Shown piece after piece: positions 43,528 to 54,109 of a stretch of 64,000 bases of DNA; positions within the stretch are counted from its first letter, which is position 1, and each line of letters begins with the position of its first letter. Location of the stretch: NCBI GenBank assembly GCA_964456235.1, contig CAYWDX010000001.1, positions 125,935 through 189,934 on the forward strand, given 5' to 3'. The notes below the pieces were generated by a model. The model had not been told where the DNA came from and made no database searches. It saw only the letters and a program-made list of their open reading frames with translations. Source of the stretch: an uncultured Candidatus Saccharibacteria bacterium. Its GTDB lineage: Bacteria > Patescibacteriota > Minisyncoccia > UBA6257 > 2-01-FULL-56-20. Both the position numbers and the translations under genes were made by a program.

Positions 43528-44376
43528 CTATTTCAACGCCGCATCAATCACCTGCGCGAAATCGGCGTAGGGTTGCGCGCCGAGAACCGATGTTCCATTC
43601 ACGAAAAACGATGGCGTAGAATTGATTCCTGCTGCGGTGGCAGCCGCTCTCTCCTGTGCGACGAGCGACGCATTTTTATTCGTGTCGACACAGCTCGTGA
43701 AGGTCGTCATATTCAATCCCAAACCCTGGGCGAGCTTTACGAAGAGCGCCCGGTTATAGAAACCGTCGTTTTCCCCGCCCCCCTTCTGTTCATCACCCAC
43801 CTTGGCGGCGTAGAGCGCGTCGTGATATGGCCACAACTTGCCCTGATCGTTTGCGCATTCTGCTGCCTGCGCCGCCGCCGTTGATTCCGGCCCCAGGAAC
43901 GGGAAATTGCGGAACACTATTTTCACTTTTCCGCTGTTCACGTAATTCGCGATGATCTGCGGCTCCGTTTGCGAAAAGAATTGCGCGCAGAACGGGCACT
44001 GGTAATCGCCGTATTCGATGATCGTGACCGGCGCATTTTGTGCTCCGAGAATGGCGTCGCGCGCGCCGAGTTTCATGATCGCCTCGTTCGTTGCAAGAGC
44101 GCCCGCGCCTGCGCCGTTGCCGCCGCTGGGCGTCACGTTCGGGCGATACATCGTAGAAAAAACGAGCGCTCCGCCGATCACGGCGGCGGCAACTAAAACA
44201 CTGATAGCGAGAAAACGGTCGCGGGGCGCCTCGATCGGATGCGCCGGGTGCGAAGGCATCACCGGACCCATATTTTCGTGATTCCGCATTTCGTCCATGA
44301 AACCAGCATAGCACACCGGCGCTGTTCTATAATGAAAGGCAATGCCGATCGCAACTTCCCTTGCCCATTGGCTCAT
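43528..44376 (-). CDS. DsbA-family thiol:disulfide oxidoreductase (membrane-anchored)
   Basis: YQCPFCAQFF CxxC active site in a thioredoxin fold; N-terminal TM. Confidence 0.85.
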   Translation of the reverse strand: MSQWAREVAIGIAFHYRTAPVCYAGFMDEMRNHENMGPVMPSHPAHPIEAPRDRFLAISVLVAAAVIGGALVFSTMYRPNVTPSGGNGAGAGALATNEAIMKLGARDAILGAQNAPVTIIEYGDYQCPFCAQFFSQTEPQIIANYVNSGKVKIVFRNFPFLGPESTAAAQAAECANDQGKLWPYHDALYAAKVGDEQKGGGENDGFYNRALFVKLAQGLGLNMTTFTSCVDTNKNASLVAQERAAATAAGINSTPSFFVNGTSVLGAQPYADFAQVIDAALK

Positions 44377-44932
44377 AACGTATCGTTACCCGATCGCCTA
44401 CCCTCTCGCGATCGCGGAGGGGCCGGTCCTTATGATGATCGCGGGCTTCCTCGTGCGCACCGGCTTTCTCGATTTTTGGCCGATCTATTTTATTTTGATG
44501 GCGGGCGATCTCACCGGCGACATCGTGTGGTACAAAATCGGGCAGCATGGGGCGCGTCGATTCATCGACCGGTTTGGAAAATTTTTCAGCGTTTCCGAAG
44601 CCCACGTACTCCGCGCGGAAAAATTTTTCCAAGAGCATCAAACAAAAATTCTTTTTGTCTCAAAAATTACGATGGGCCTGGGATTTGCGCTCGCGACATT
44701 GATGGCCGCCGGCGCCGCGCGCGTTCCCTTCAAAAAATATATGATCGTGAACGCGCTCGGCCAGTTCATTTGGACGGGCATTCTCATGGCGATCGGCTTT
44801 TTCCTCGGCAATCTCTACACGCTCGTCGATAAAAGCCTGCGTTGGGGCTTCGTCACGGCCATCATCATCATGTTTGCGCTCATGATGATGGGATTTGCGA
44901 AGTACGTGCGGAAACGGGTGTCGGAGATGTAA
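44342..44932 (+). CDS. DedA-family (VTT domain) membrane protein
   Basis: DedA pattern ...FWPIYFILMAGDLTGDIVWYKIG..., 4-5 TM segments. Confidence 0.8.
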   Translation: MPIATSLAHWLITYRYPIAYPLAIAEGPVLMMIAGFLVRTGFLDFWPIYFILMAGDLTGDIVWYKIGQHGARRFIDRFGKFFSVSEAHVLRAEKFFQEHQTKILFVSKITMGLGFALATLMAAGAARVPFKKYMIVNALGQFIWTGILMAIGFFLGNLYTLVDKSLRWGFVTAIIIMFALMMMGFAKYVRKRVSEM

Positions 44933-44941
44933 AATAGAGGC

Positions 44942-46537
44942 ATGACGTTGTCTATCGTGATCCCTACGCTGAACGAAGCGTCGGGCATCGAGCGCCTCCT
45001 CGCGCAAATAAAAAATAAGCTTACCGAGATCGATTATGAGTTGATCGTCACCGACGACGGCTCGACCGACGGCACGGTCGGCATCGCGAAGCGCTACGCG
45101 AAAGTGATTTCTGAACCGAACCCGAATCGCACGATCGGCACGAACCGCAATAAGGGGGCTCGCCACGCGAAGGGCGAGTTTTTGGTTTTTATTGACGCCG
45201 ACATGTTCGTCCCCGAGCCGAATCATTTTTTCAAAGTGCTCCTTGATGAATTTCGCCGCGATCCGCAGCTCCTCGCTCAAACCGTAAATATTAAAGTGTA
45301 TCCCGACGAGGCGACGCGCGCGGACGACCTCTTCCTCGGCATCAGCAACCTCACGATGCGGTTCATGAACAATGCTCTCCGCATCGGCGCCTCGTCGGGC
45401 GAATTTCAAATCGTGCGGCGTTCGGCATTTGAACAAGTCGGCGGCTTCCGCGAACATCTCGTGGTCGCTGAAGATCAAGACCTCTTCCGGCGCCTCGCGA
45501 AAATCGGGCATACGCGCTTTGAGCATGGGCTCGAGGCGTGGAATGACGGGCGGCGCCCGCACACGGTTGGCTGGCTGCGGCTTTTCGCCCAATGGATTCG
45601 CAACTCAATCTCGTTGAGTTTCTGGGGCCGTTCCTACGACAAGACTTGGCATGAAGTGCGCTATTGGAAAATGAGTTTTGTGATCCCCGCCTACAATGAA
45701 GAGCATTACCTCGCCGATTGCCTGAAGGCGATCATGCGGCAAAAAGAAAAAACTTCCTACGAGATCGAGGTGATCGTGGTGAATAATGCTTCGACCGATC
45801 GCACCAGAGAAGTAGCGAAAGGATTTGCCGGCGTGAAAGTCGTTGACGAACCAAAAAAAGGGATCGTGTATGCGCGGCGCGCCGGTTTTCTCGCAGCGAC
45901 GGGCGATCTTATCGCGAATATCGATTCCGATTCGCGCCTCACGCCTGGTTGGATCAATAAAGTGGTGCAGGCGTTCGCGCGGGATGAAAAATTAGTTGCG
46001 ATTTCGGGCCCGTTCATCTATTACGACGCGCCGCGTTCGGTACGCATGGTTACACGCATGTTTTATGGCATCGGCTACCTCTTCTATTTCATCAACCGTT
46101 TCATACTACACACCGGATCCATGCTCCAGGGCGGAAATTTTGTCGTCAAAAAAACGGCGATCGACGCCATCGGCGGCTATGACACGTCAATCAGTTTTTA
46201 TGGAGAGGACACCGACCTCGCGCGACGCTTGAATAAAATCGGCCGCGTGCGATTTACCTTTAACCTGCCAATGTACTCTTCGAGCCGACGTCTCGCGAAG
46301 GAGGGCGCCTTCACGATCGGCCTCCGCTACGCCATGAATTATTTTTGGACGACTTTTTTCGGAAGGCCGTTCACGCACGCCTACATTGATATCCGCCCGG
46401 GCGAATCAAAACGCGGCGCCTCACTTTCCTTTACGCCGAACGAGGGGTGGAAGGAATGGGTGATCGGCGTAACCGCCCTCGTCCTTTTCGTCGCGATCAT
46501 TATTGGTCTTGCATACGCAATCTATTATTTCGCCTAG
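44942..46537 (+). CDS. tandem double-domain family-2 glycosyltransferase
   Basis: Two GT-A modules: LSIVIPTLNEASGIERLL...VTDDGSTDGT and SFVIPAYNEEHYLADCL...VVNNASTDRT; DxD-type motifs (IDAD, IDSD); C-terminal TM. Confidence 0.85.
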   Translation: MTLSIVIPTLNEASGIERLLAQIKNKLTEIDYELIVTDDGSTDGTVGIAKRYAKVISEPNPNRTIGTNRNKGARHAKGEFLVFIDADMFVPEPNHFFKVLLDEFRRDPQLLAQTVNIKVYPDEATRADDLFLGISNLTMRFMNNALRIGASSGEFQIVRRSAFEQVGGFREHLVVAEDQDLFRRLAKIGHTRFEHGLEAWNDGRRPHTVGWLRLFAQWIRNSISLSFWGRSYDKTWHEVRYWKMSFVIPAYNEEHYLADCLKAIMRQKEKTSYEIEVIVVNNASTDRTREVAKGFAGVKVVDEPKKGIVYARRAGFLAATGDLIANIDSDSRLTPGWINKVVQAFARDEKLVAISGPFIYYDAPRSVRMVTRMFYGIGYLFYFINRFILHTGSMLQGGNFVVKKTAIDAIGGYDTSISFYGEDTDLARRLNKIGRVRFTFNLPMYSSSRRLAKEGAFTIGLRYAMNYFWTTFFGRPFTHAYIDIRPGESKRGASLSFTPNEGWKEWVIGVTALVLFVAIIIGLAYAIYYFA

Positions 46538-46557
46538 TATTGTGATACAAGAAGATC

Positions 46558-47946
46558 ATGTCTGCCCGCAGTAAGGCGATCGTTTTCCTTCTTTTTCTCG
46601 GGGATGTCGTCGCGCTGTATGCGTGCCTTTTCCTTACGCTCTATGTGCGTTACGGCGGCGCATTTTACGATGCGTTCCTTGATGCGCACGTGCTGCCATT
46701 CTCGATCGTTTTTATACCGTGGCTGCTCATATTTTATATCGCAGGCCTCTATGACCTCCGCCGCCTCCGCAATAATCTCGATTTTTTTAAAACGTTAGCG
46801 CTCTCGCTCGGCACAAACGCGATCGTTGCCGTGCTCGTATTCTATCTCGTACCCGCGTTCGGCATCGCGCCCAAAACCAATCTTTTTATTTTCATTTTGA
46901 TTTTTGCCGTTATCGAATTGTTCTGGCGGCGCTTATGGAACCGGATGACGGAGTCGGCGGAGGCGCCGAATCGGGTGTTGCTCGTGGGGAATGGGAAAAC
47001 GACGGAAGAAATTCTTGAAACGCTCGCCGGCAATCCACAGTTCGGCTACACGATCGCCGCGCGCATTTCGGAAGATAAAGCCGATGAAAATCCCTCGGCT
47101 CTCGCGCGCATCGTGCGTGAGGCGAGCGCGAACCTCGTTGTTGTGCCGCGCGAGTTAAAACGGAAGGATACGCTCGCCCCGGCGCTCTATCAACTTTTTG
47201 GCGCCGGCACGATCATTCTCGACCTCGATACATTTTACGAAATTGTGATGCGCAAAGTGCCGCTGGGCGACGTGCGCGAAGCTTGGTTTTTGGAAAACAT
47301 CGAAGGCTCGGCGCGCTTTTACGATCCTTTCAAGCGCGCGGTGGAATTTTTATTGGCGCTCGTGACTGGCATCGTGCTCTTGCCGATCGAGATTTTGATC
47401 GCGCTCCTCGTGGCGGCCACCTCGCGCGGGCCGATCTTCATTCGGCAGGCGCGCGTCGGCGCGCTCGGCCGCAATTTCACGCTCATCAAATTCCGCAGCA
47501 TGGTGGCGCTCGCGCCGGACGGCCAGGCCGAAGCGAATGGCGCCCAGTGGGCCGCGAAAAACGACCGCCGCATAACGCCCGTGGGGCGGCTTCTCCGCGC
47601 GAGCCACCTTGACGAGCTCCCGCAGCTCTGGAACATCGTCCGCGGGCATACTTCATTTGTAGGCCCGCGCCCGGAACGCCCAGAATTCGTTGAGAAGTTA
47701 AAGCGCGAGATCCCCTTCTACGAGGTCCGGCTCTTGGTGAAGCCGGGCGTGACCGGGTGGGCGCAGATCAATTATCCAGCCGACGAGACGCTCGACGACG
47801 TGCGCCAAAAACTCCAGTATGATATTTACTACTTAAAAAACCGCTCGCCGATTCTTGACCTCGCGATCATTTTGAAAACGCTCAAATCGTTTTTCATTAA
47901 TCCGCAGCGGGAGAAAAAACTGGTGCAGCCGGCGAACCAATCCTAG
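46558..47946 (+). CDS. polyprenyl-phosphate sugar phosphotransferase (WbaP/WcaJ-like initiating enzyme)
   Basis: Bacterial sugar transferase domain: GPIFIRQARVGALGRNFTLIKFRSM...DELPQLWNIVRGHTSFVGPRPERP. Confidence 0.9.
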   Translation: MSARSKAIVFLLFLGDVVALYACLFLTLYVRYGGAFYDAFLDAHVLPFSIVFIPWLLIFYIAGLYDLRRLRNNLDFFKTLALSLGTNAIVAVLVFYLVPAFGIAPKTNLFIFILIFAVIELFWRRLWNRMTESAEAPNRVLLVGNGKTTEEILETLAGNPQFGYTIAARISEDKADENPSALARIVREASANLVVVPRELKRKDTLAPALYQLFGAGTIILDLDTFYEIVMRKVPLGDVREAWFLENIEGSARFYDPFKRAVEFLLALVTGIVLLPIEILIALLVAATSRGPIFIRQARVGALGRNFTLIKFRSMVALAPDGQAEANGAQWAAKNDRRITPVGRLLRASHLDELPQLWNIVRGHTSFVGPRPERPEFVEKLKREIPFYEVRLLVKPGVTGWAQINYPADETLDDVRQKLQYDIYYLKNRSPILDLAIILKTLKSFFINPQREKKLVQPANQS

Positions 47947-47965
47947 GGTCGCTATAATAAAAGGA

Positions 47966-48907
47966 ATGAAAATTATCGTGACGGGCGGAGCGGGATTCAT
48001 CGGTTCGCATGTGGTTGACGCGTATGTGAAAGCCGGGCACCGCGTGGCGGTGATCGATAACTTACTGACCGGCTTCCGCAAGAATTTGAATCCGCGCGCA
48101 ACGTTTTACAAAGCGGACATCACCGACCGCCATGCGATGAGCCGCATTTTCAAAAAAGAGCGGCCGGAAATCGTGAACCACCACGCGGCGATCGCCGAGG
48201 TCGTGAAGTCCCTGCGCGACCCGATCCCCACGCTCACGACGAATGTGCTCGGCACTACGAACGTGCTCTTGGCGTTCGGCGAATACGGGCGCGGGCACGG
48301 CAACCATGGGAACCCAGGGCGCAGTAAATTTATTTTTTCTTCGACCGGCGGCGCCATGTATGGCGACCCGAAGCGCTTGCCTGCAGATGAACGCGAAAAA
48401 ACGATCACACTTTCCCCGTATGGCCTTTCAAAACAGCTCGGCGAAGAAACGATAAAATTTTATGCCCGCCATTACGGGTTCAATTATTTCATTTTCCGTT
48501 ATGCGAACGTGTTCGGCCCGCGCCAGAATCCGAAAGGCGAGGCCGGCGTAATCGCCATATTTGGCGGGCTCATCAAGGCGGGTAAGCGGCCGATCATTTT
48601 TGGCGACGGCACGAAGGCGCGCGATTATGTCTATGTTGATGACGTGGCGCATGCGAACCTCCTCGCGCTCCGGCGCGGGAATGGCGAAACGGTGAATATC
48701 GGGCGCGGGAAATTGACGAGTGATCGAGAAATTTTTGACGCGGTTGCCGCGGAACTGGAATTCCGTGAGAAGCCGATCCATGCGCCGTATCGCACCGGCG
48801 AGCTCTATAAGATCAGCTTGAATGCGCAGAAGGCGCGGCGCGTGCTCGGATGGAAACCGAAGATGCCATTCAAGCTCGGCGTGCGGAAGGCGCTGAAAAA
48901 TTTGTAA
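47966..48907 (+). CDS. NAD-dependent nucleotide-sugar epimerase/dehydratase (SDR family)
   Basis: VTGGAGFIGSHVV Rossmann motif, YGLSK catalytic YxxxK. Confidence 0.88.
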   Translation: MKIIVTGGAGFIGSHVVDAYVKAGHRVAVIDNLLTGFRKNLNPRATFYKADITDRHAMSRIFKKERPEIVNHHAAIAEVVKSLRDPIPTLTTNVLGTTNVLLAFGEYGRGHGNHGNPGRSKFIFSSTGGAMYGDPKRLPADEREKTITLSPYGLSKQLGEETIKFYARHYGFNYFIFRYANVFGPRQNPKGEAGVIAIFGGLIKAGKRPIIFGDGTKARDYVYVDDVAHANLLALRRGNGETVNIGRGKLTSDREIFDAVAAELEFREKPIHAPYRTGELYKISLNAQKARRVLGWKPKMPFKLGVRKALKNL

Positions 48908-48910
48908 CGC

Positions 48911-50383
48911 ATGTTCAAACGAATACGATCGTTTTTGTTTGAAAATAAAACGGCGAAACAGACCGTCGCAAAAAATACGTTCTGGCTTTCGGTAACGAAC
49001 TTTGGCGGCCGCGCGGTGAAATCGATCATCGTCCTCTACGCCGCCCGCGTTTTGAACACGGCGGGCTACGGCGTATTTTCCTACGCGGTCACGCTCGCCG
49101 GTTTTTTCACGCTCTTCCTCGACCCCGGCGTGAACGCGATGGTGATGCGCGAAGTGCCGAAAGGCGACGAAGCAGAAAAGCGGTCGTTCCTCTCGACGAC
49201 GTTTGTCATCAAACTGATCCTCCTCGGCGTCGGCATCCCCTTCGTGCTACTGGTGGCGCCGCTCTTCAGCACGCTCCCGGGCGCGCCCGAACTGTTGCCG
49301 CTGGTCGCGCTCCTCGTGAGTTTTGACACCATCCGCGAGCTCTTCTCGGCCTTCATGCGCGCCCGGGAGCGGATGGAATGGGAGACCGCGAGCTTTATTA
49401 CGACGAACGTCGTCATTGTCCTTGCTGGCCTTTACTACCTTTCCATCTCCGCCACGCCTGCGGCGTTTGCCTGGGCCTATATCACCGGCACCGTCTGCGG
49501 GACGCTCGTTTCCATCGTCTTCCTCCGGGACTATCTCGGTGATCTTTTCTCCCGTTTTTCTAAAAAACTGGTTGGCCCTATCGTGCGCTCCGCGTGGCCG
49601 TTTGCAATCACGAGCGCCCTCGGCGCCCTGCTCACGAGCGCGGACGTCATCATCATCAGCTGGCTGCGGAGCGCATCCGACGTCGGCATTTATTCTGCGG
49701 CGGTGCGCATCGTGCAGGTGCTCTATTTGGTCCCCACCATTTTCCAATTCAGCACGCTGCCGCTCATCGCCCAGCTCGCGAATAAAGACAATGAGCGGTT
49801 GCGGAGCGTATTCGAACGGACGCTCGGCATGATTTTCCTCACGTCAGTCCCGCTCGCGATCGGCGGCATCATTCTTGCAAAACCGATCATGTCGCTCGTT
49901 TTCGGACCGCCCTACGTGCCCGGCGCGCCATCCTTCCAGGTCCTCATGCTCACGCTGTTCTTCGATTTCCCGCTCACGGTGATCAGCACCGCGATCTTCG
50001 CCTATAACCGGCAAAAAAATCTTATCGTTTCCGCTTCGATCGCCGGCGGGCTGAACGTAATTCTTGATTTACTCCTCATCCCGCCGTTCGGCATCACGGG
50101 TTCGGCGTTCGCAACGCTCATTGCGCAGGCAGCCACCAATTGGTACCTGTGGTCCGTCATGAAAAAAATAAATTATTTTGAAGTGTTGTCGAAACTCGGG
50201 AAAATTACGGCGGCAGGAATCGGGATGGGCGCCGTCACCCTCGCGCTTTATTTCGCCCACATCCATGCCGCTTTCAACATCGGCATTTCCGCGCTGGCTT
50301 ACTTCGCGTTTTTGAAATTATTCAACGAACCCTTGATGCAGGAGGTGCTGGTCACGCTCCACCTTACGAAAGCGACCGTTTAA
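48911..50383 (+). CDS. Wzx-type oligosaccharide flippase (polysaccharide biosynthesis protein, MOP superfamily)
   Basis: 490 aa, ~12-14 TM segments, N-terminal NTFWLSVTNFGGRAVKSIIVLYAARVL pattern. Confidence 0.85.
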   Translation: MFKRIRSFLFENKTAKQTVAKNTFWLSVTNFGGRAVKSIIVLYAARVLNTAGYGVFSYAVTLAGFFTLFLDPGVNAMVMREVPKGDEAEKRSFLSTTFVIKLILLGVGIPFVLLVAPLFSTLPGAPELLPLVALLVSFDTIRELFSAFMRARERMEWETASFITTNVVIVLAGLYYLSISATPAAFAWAYITGTVCGTLVSIVFLRDYLGDLFSRFSKKLVGPIVRSAWPFAITSALGALLTSADVIIISWLRSASDVGIYSAAVRIVQVLYLVPTIFQFSTLPLIAQLANKDNERLRSVFERTLGMIFLTSVPLAIGGIILAKPIMSLVFGPPYVPGAPSFQVLMLTLFFDFPLTVISTAIFAYNRQKNLIVSASIAGGLNVILDLLLIPPFGITGSAFATLIAQAATNWYLWSVMKKINYFEVLSKLGKITAAGIGMGAVTLALYFAHIHAAFNIGISALAYFAFLKLFNEPLMQEVLVTLHLTKATV

Positions 50384-51197
50384 GGCTCGAAAGAAATCGG
50401 TGCAATCTCCGCTGCGCGCCAAGCGGCAGGAACGAATACAGTTGCTGCGCCCGCGCGACCAGATAGGCCTTTCCGTAACCCGGGTACTCATGGCGATGCA
50501 GCTGCACGGTTCGCAAAATTTCTTCTGACTGCGAGCGTTTAAAAATGAACGTTTTGCTTTCTTCGGTCAGCCGGTAACGGATAAAATATTCCGGAAAATT
50601 ATAGAACGTGCCTCGGTTCCCCATCTTGAGCCACAAATCCCAGTCCTCGGCATTTTTGAACGGCCCGTACCCGCCAACGTCAAGCGCGAGCTTGCGCCGG
50701 AAGAGCACTGTCGAATGCGTGAAAGGGTTTGCGAGAAGCGCCCGCGCCCGAATGGTCGCGTCGTTCTCCGATTTCAAATAGCGGAATTTTTCTTGGTCGT
50801 GTTCGTCAACAACGATCACGCCGCCTCCGACGACAACGCAATCCGGGTGTGCATCCAAATAGGCGACCTGTTTTTTTAGTTTATCGCGATCACTCCACGT
50901 ATCATCATCGTCGAGGCGCGCGGCATATTCGCCGCGGGCCGCGCGCAATCCTTCATTCAACGTCCCCGAAATATCGGGATAATTATTTTTTTCATGATGG
51001 ACCGGGCGCACGCGGTGGTCGCTTTTCGCCAATGCATCGAGATACGCCCGCGTCCCGTCAGTCGAGGCGTCGTTAATTGCGATCAATTCCCAGTCATGGA
51101 ACGACTGCGCCGCAATGCTCTCCACCGCGCGTTTCAGCGTCGCCACGCGATTGAATGTCGGGAGAATGATGCTCACCCGCGGATCCCCGTTTTGCAT
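50364..51197 (-). CDS. family-2 glycosyltransferase
   Basis: VSIILPTFNRVATLKRAVESIAAQSFHDWELIAINDASTDGT; DDDD motif. Confidence 0.85.
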   Translation of the reverse strand: MQNGDPRVSIILPTFNRVATLKRAVESIAAQSFHDWELIAINDASTDGTRAYLDALAKSDHRVRPVHHEKNNYPDISGTLNEGLRAARGEYAARLDDDDTWSDRDKLKKQVAYLDAHPDCVVVGGGVIVVDEHDQEKFRYLKSENDATIRARALLANPFTHSTVLFRRKLALDVGGYGPFKNAEDWDLWLKMGNRGTFYNFPEYFIRYRLTEESKTFIFKRSQSEEILRTVQLHRHEYPGYGKAYLVARAQQLYSFLPLGAQRRLHRFLSSLKRSLS

Positions 51198-51307
51198 CCC
51201 ACTATTATATACTCGGAACGCCGGGATTATATACTCCGGCCGAAAGATCGAAACGCCGAAAAGGCTATGAAGATCGGTTTTTTTGTGCTAGAGTAGCCTC
51301 GTAAAAC

Positions 51308-52081
51308 ATGAAAACTATTATTTTGTGCGGTGGCCGTGGCTCGCGCATGAAAGAGGAAACCGAATTTCGTCCGAAGCCGCTCGTCACCGTGGGCGACAAG
51401 CCGATCCTGTGGCACATCATGAAAATCTATGCCCATCATGGGTTTAATGATTTTATTCTCGCGCTCGGCTACAAGGGCCACATGATTAAAGAATATTTCC
51501 TAAACCGCCGCATCATTGCGGGCGACTTCTCGCTCAACACGAAAACCGACGAAAAGACATTTCACGATGAACCGCCGGAAGATTTCAAAATCACTTTTGC
51601 CGAAACGGGTCTCGATAGCAATACGTCTGATCGCGTGCTCTTGAGCAAGAAATATCTCGGGGACGATGATTTCATGGTCACGTTCGGAGACGGCGTCTCG
51701 GACATTGATCTCAAGGCGCTCGTGGATTTCCATAAAAAACAGGGCACGGTCGGGACCGTCACCGGCGTCCACCTGAAATCGAAGTATGGCGTCATGAAAT
51801 TTGATCCGGAAAAGAAAAAGGTCACTCGATTCGACCAGAAGCCATTGATGTCGGACCATGTCGCCGGCGGTTTCATGATTTTCAAGAAGAAAGCGCTCGA
51901 TTATTTCCGCCCGGGCGAAATTCTCGAAATCGGACTCGGCAGGATGGTTGAGGAAGGGCAACTTTCGCTCTATCAACACGAAGGATTCTGGCGCGCGATG
52001 GACACCTACCAAGAAGTAGAAGAGTTGAATGACCTGTGGCGCAAGAACCAACCTTGGGCAATATGGAAAAAATCCTCGTAA
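51308..52081 (+). CDS. rfbF: glucose-1-phosphate cytidylyltransferase
   Basis: MKTIILCGGRGSRMKEETEFRPKPLV...ILALGYKGHMIKEYF, typical of RfbF (CDP-glucose pyrophosphorylase). Confidence 0.88.
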   Translation: MKTIILCGGRGSRMKEETEFRPKPLVTVGDKPILWHIMKIYAHHGFNDFILALGYKGHMIKEYFLNRRIIAGDFSLNTKTDEKTFHDEPPEDFKITFAETGLDSNTSDRVLLSKKYLGDDDFMVTFGDGVSDIDLKALVDFHKKQGTVGTVTGVHLKSKYGVMKFDPEKKKVTRFDQKPLMSDHVAGGFMIFKKKALDYFRPGEILEIGLGRMVEEGQLSLYQHEGFWRAMDTYQEVEELNDLWRKNQPWAIWKKSS

Positions 52082-53082
52082 CCGGCAACGAAGGATACAT
52101 CGGCTCCGTTCTCGTCGAAGAGCTCCTGGCGAAAGGTTATACGGTGACCGGCCTTGACTCCGGCGCCTTTAGCGACGTTGCATTCGTCCCCCGCCACAAT
52201 CCTCATCAGCAAATTTATAAAGATATTCGCGACGTGGAGCGCAAGGATTTGGAGGGGTGCGATGCCGTCATCCACCTCGCGGGGCTTTCGAACGATCCCC
52301 TGGGAGATCTTGACCCGTCGCTTACCTACGACATCAACCTCAACGCGACCGTCCGCCTCGCAGACTTTGCGAAACAGGCCGGCGTGAAGCGTTTTCTTTT
52401 TTCTTCTTCGTGCAGCTTGTACGGAGTTGCGGGCGACGCTCCGGTTGCCGAAGAAGCATCGTTCAATCCGCAAACGCCGTATGCCGAGTCGAAAGTGAAG
52501 GCGGAGGCGGCGATCGCACCGTTTGCCGGACCGGATTTTTGCCCCGTATATTTGCGGAACTCGACCGTCTTCGGCATTTCGCCGCGCATGCGCCTTGACC
52601 TTGTCGTGCAAAACCTTGCCGCGTCGGGTTACCTGACTGGGAAAATCACCATCATGAGCGACGGCACTCCTTGGCGGCCGCTCGTCCACGTTCGGGACGT
52701 CGCGGGCGCTTTCATATTTTTCTTGGAACAGCCGGCCGGCCGCGTTGGCAACCGGGCGTTCAACATCGGGAAGACGGAAAATAATTTGCGCGTGCGCGAT
52801 ATCGCGGAAATCGTCAAAACCGTTTTGCCGAACACGACCGTGGTGATCGAAAATAAAACGCCGAGCGACACGAGGTCCTACCGCGTTGATTTTTCAAAAC
52901 TGTATGCGCTCGGTTTTGTCCCTCAACACGACGTGCTCGCCGGCGTGCGGGAGATTTGTGAGGCCTTCAAAACTCACGGCCTTACCGCGCAGGATTTTCA
53001 GTCAGACAGCTTCATCACGCTCAAGCGGTACCTCGCCCTGAAGCAAAGCGGGCGCATGGGCAACGACCTGCGCATCAAATAG
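52063..53082 (+). CDS. NAD-dependent epimerase/dehydratase (SDR) acting on a CDP- or NDP-hexose
   Basis: ILVTGNEGYIGSVLV Rossmann motif; YAESK catalytic YxxxK; start moved to the MEKILVTG Met. Confidence 0.8.
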   Translation: MEKILVTGNEGYIGSVLVEELLAKGYTVTGLDSGAFSDVAFVPRHNPHQQIYKDIRDVERKDLEGCDAVIHLAGLSNDPLGDLDPSLTYDINLNATVRLADFAKQAGVKRFLFSSSCSLYGVAGDAPVAEEASFNPQTPYAESKVKAEAAIAPFAGPDFCPVYLRNSTVFGISPRMRLDLVVQNLAASGYLTGKITIMSDGTPWRPLVHVRDVAGAFIFFLEQPAGRVGNRAFNIGKTENNLRVRDIAEIVKTVLPNTTVVIENKTPSDTRSYRVDFSKLYALGFVPQHDVLAGVREICEAFKTHGLTAQDFQSDSFITLKRYLALKQSGRMGNDLRIK

Positions 53083-53140
53083 CGCGCCGGGGTTTTCTCG
53101 ATCGTCGAATTCGCCCAGTTCGCGCAGCTTGCCGAGTCCG

Positions 53141-54007
53141 TTAGACTTTCTTTCGGGTGAAGAGGCGCGTGACGACAACGAGATTCCAAAACAGGAGTTT
53201 TATTTTTTGCCAAACAGAAAGTCCGGGCACCGTCATCAAAAATGCCATATTCGCAAATTCATTTTTCGTGCGCGCGAGGCGAACGTTCAAGCCGCGATAA
53301 AGCTTCTTTGGCCCGAACGGCATGTCTTTGGTTGAGGTCGAGCCGGGAAGCGTTCCTTTGTGGTACAGCGCTTCGGGCGTGGCGAGCAAGAAATATCCGC
53401 GCGACAAACCGTGCAGCGAGAGACTGATGTCGGCTTCGTACGCGTCGGTGTTTTCGAGATGGCCCGCGACGCTCTTCCGCCAAACTCCGTAAATAAAAAT
53501 GCCGCGGTTGTCGTGCGAATAAAAAAGCGTGAGCTGTTTCAATCGCCTATAGAGATCTTTTTCATCGGGGAAATAAAGGCGCGGATCACGTTTAATAACG
53601 CGGCCGTCTTCCCAAAAGAATGATTCGTGGCCCGTGTAGGCCAGCGCGGCTTTCGGATCCGCAAGGAGCGCATCCATGCAGAGTTTGAGAAAGGGCGGAT
53701 CCCACAGGTCATCGTCGGCTGCCATCATAAAATATTCTCCCGTCGCGATGATCGCCTGCAAGGCGTCATTAAAATTTATCGTCTGCCCCGCATTTTTTTC
53801 ACGCCGCGCATACCGCACGCGGTGGTCGCTCCGCATATATTCCTCACACACCGCCCGCGTCCCATCCGTCGAACCGTTATCGTAAACCAGAATCACGAAA
53901 TTCCGATAGGTCTGCGCGAGTAGCGAATCCATCGCCTTCTTGAGATGAGAGGCGCGATTGTAGGTTGGCATGCCGATCGCAACGAGCGGTTCGGAGGAAG
54001 AAAGCAT
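53141..54007 (-). CDS. family-2 glycosyltransferase
   Basis: VAIGMPTYNRASHLKKAMDSLLAQTYRNFVILVYDNGSTDGT; ADDD motif. Confidence 0.85.
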   Translation of the reverse strand: MLSSSEPLVAIGMPTYNRASHLKKAMDSLLAQTYRNFVILVYDNGSTDGTRAVCEEYMRSDHRVRYARREKNAGQTINFNDALQAIIATGEYFMMAADDDLWDPPFLKLCMDALLADPKAALAYTGHESFFWEDGRVIKRDPRLYFPDEKDLYRRLKQLTLFYSHDNRGIFIYGVWRKSVAGHLENTDAYEADISLSLHGLSRGYFLLATPEALYHKGTLPGSTSTKDMPFGPKKLYRGLNVRLARTKNEFANMAFLMTVPGLSVWQKIKLLFWNLVVVTRLFTRKKV

Positions 54008-54109
54008 TTTAGTATGCCTTATTATAGAGTATGTCCCACGTACTTGACAAAAAATTGAAAATAGATTACAATTTTCCTAGCATTATATCCAATAAGGAGG
54101 ATTCGAGAA

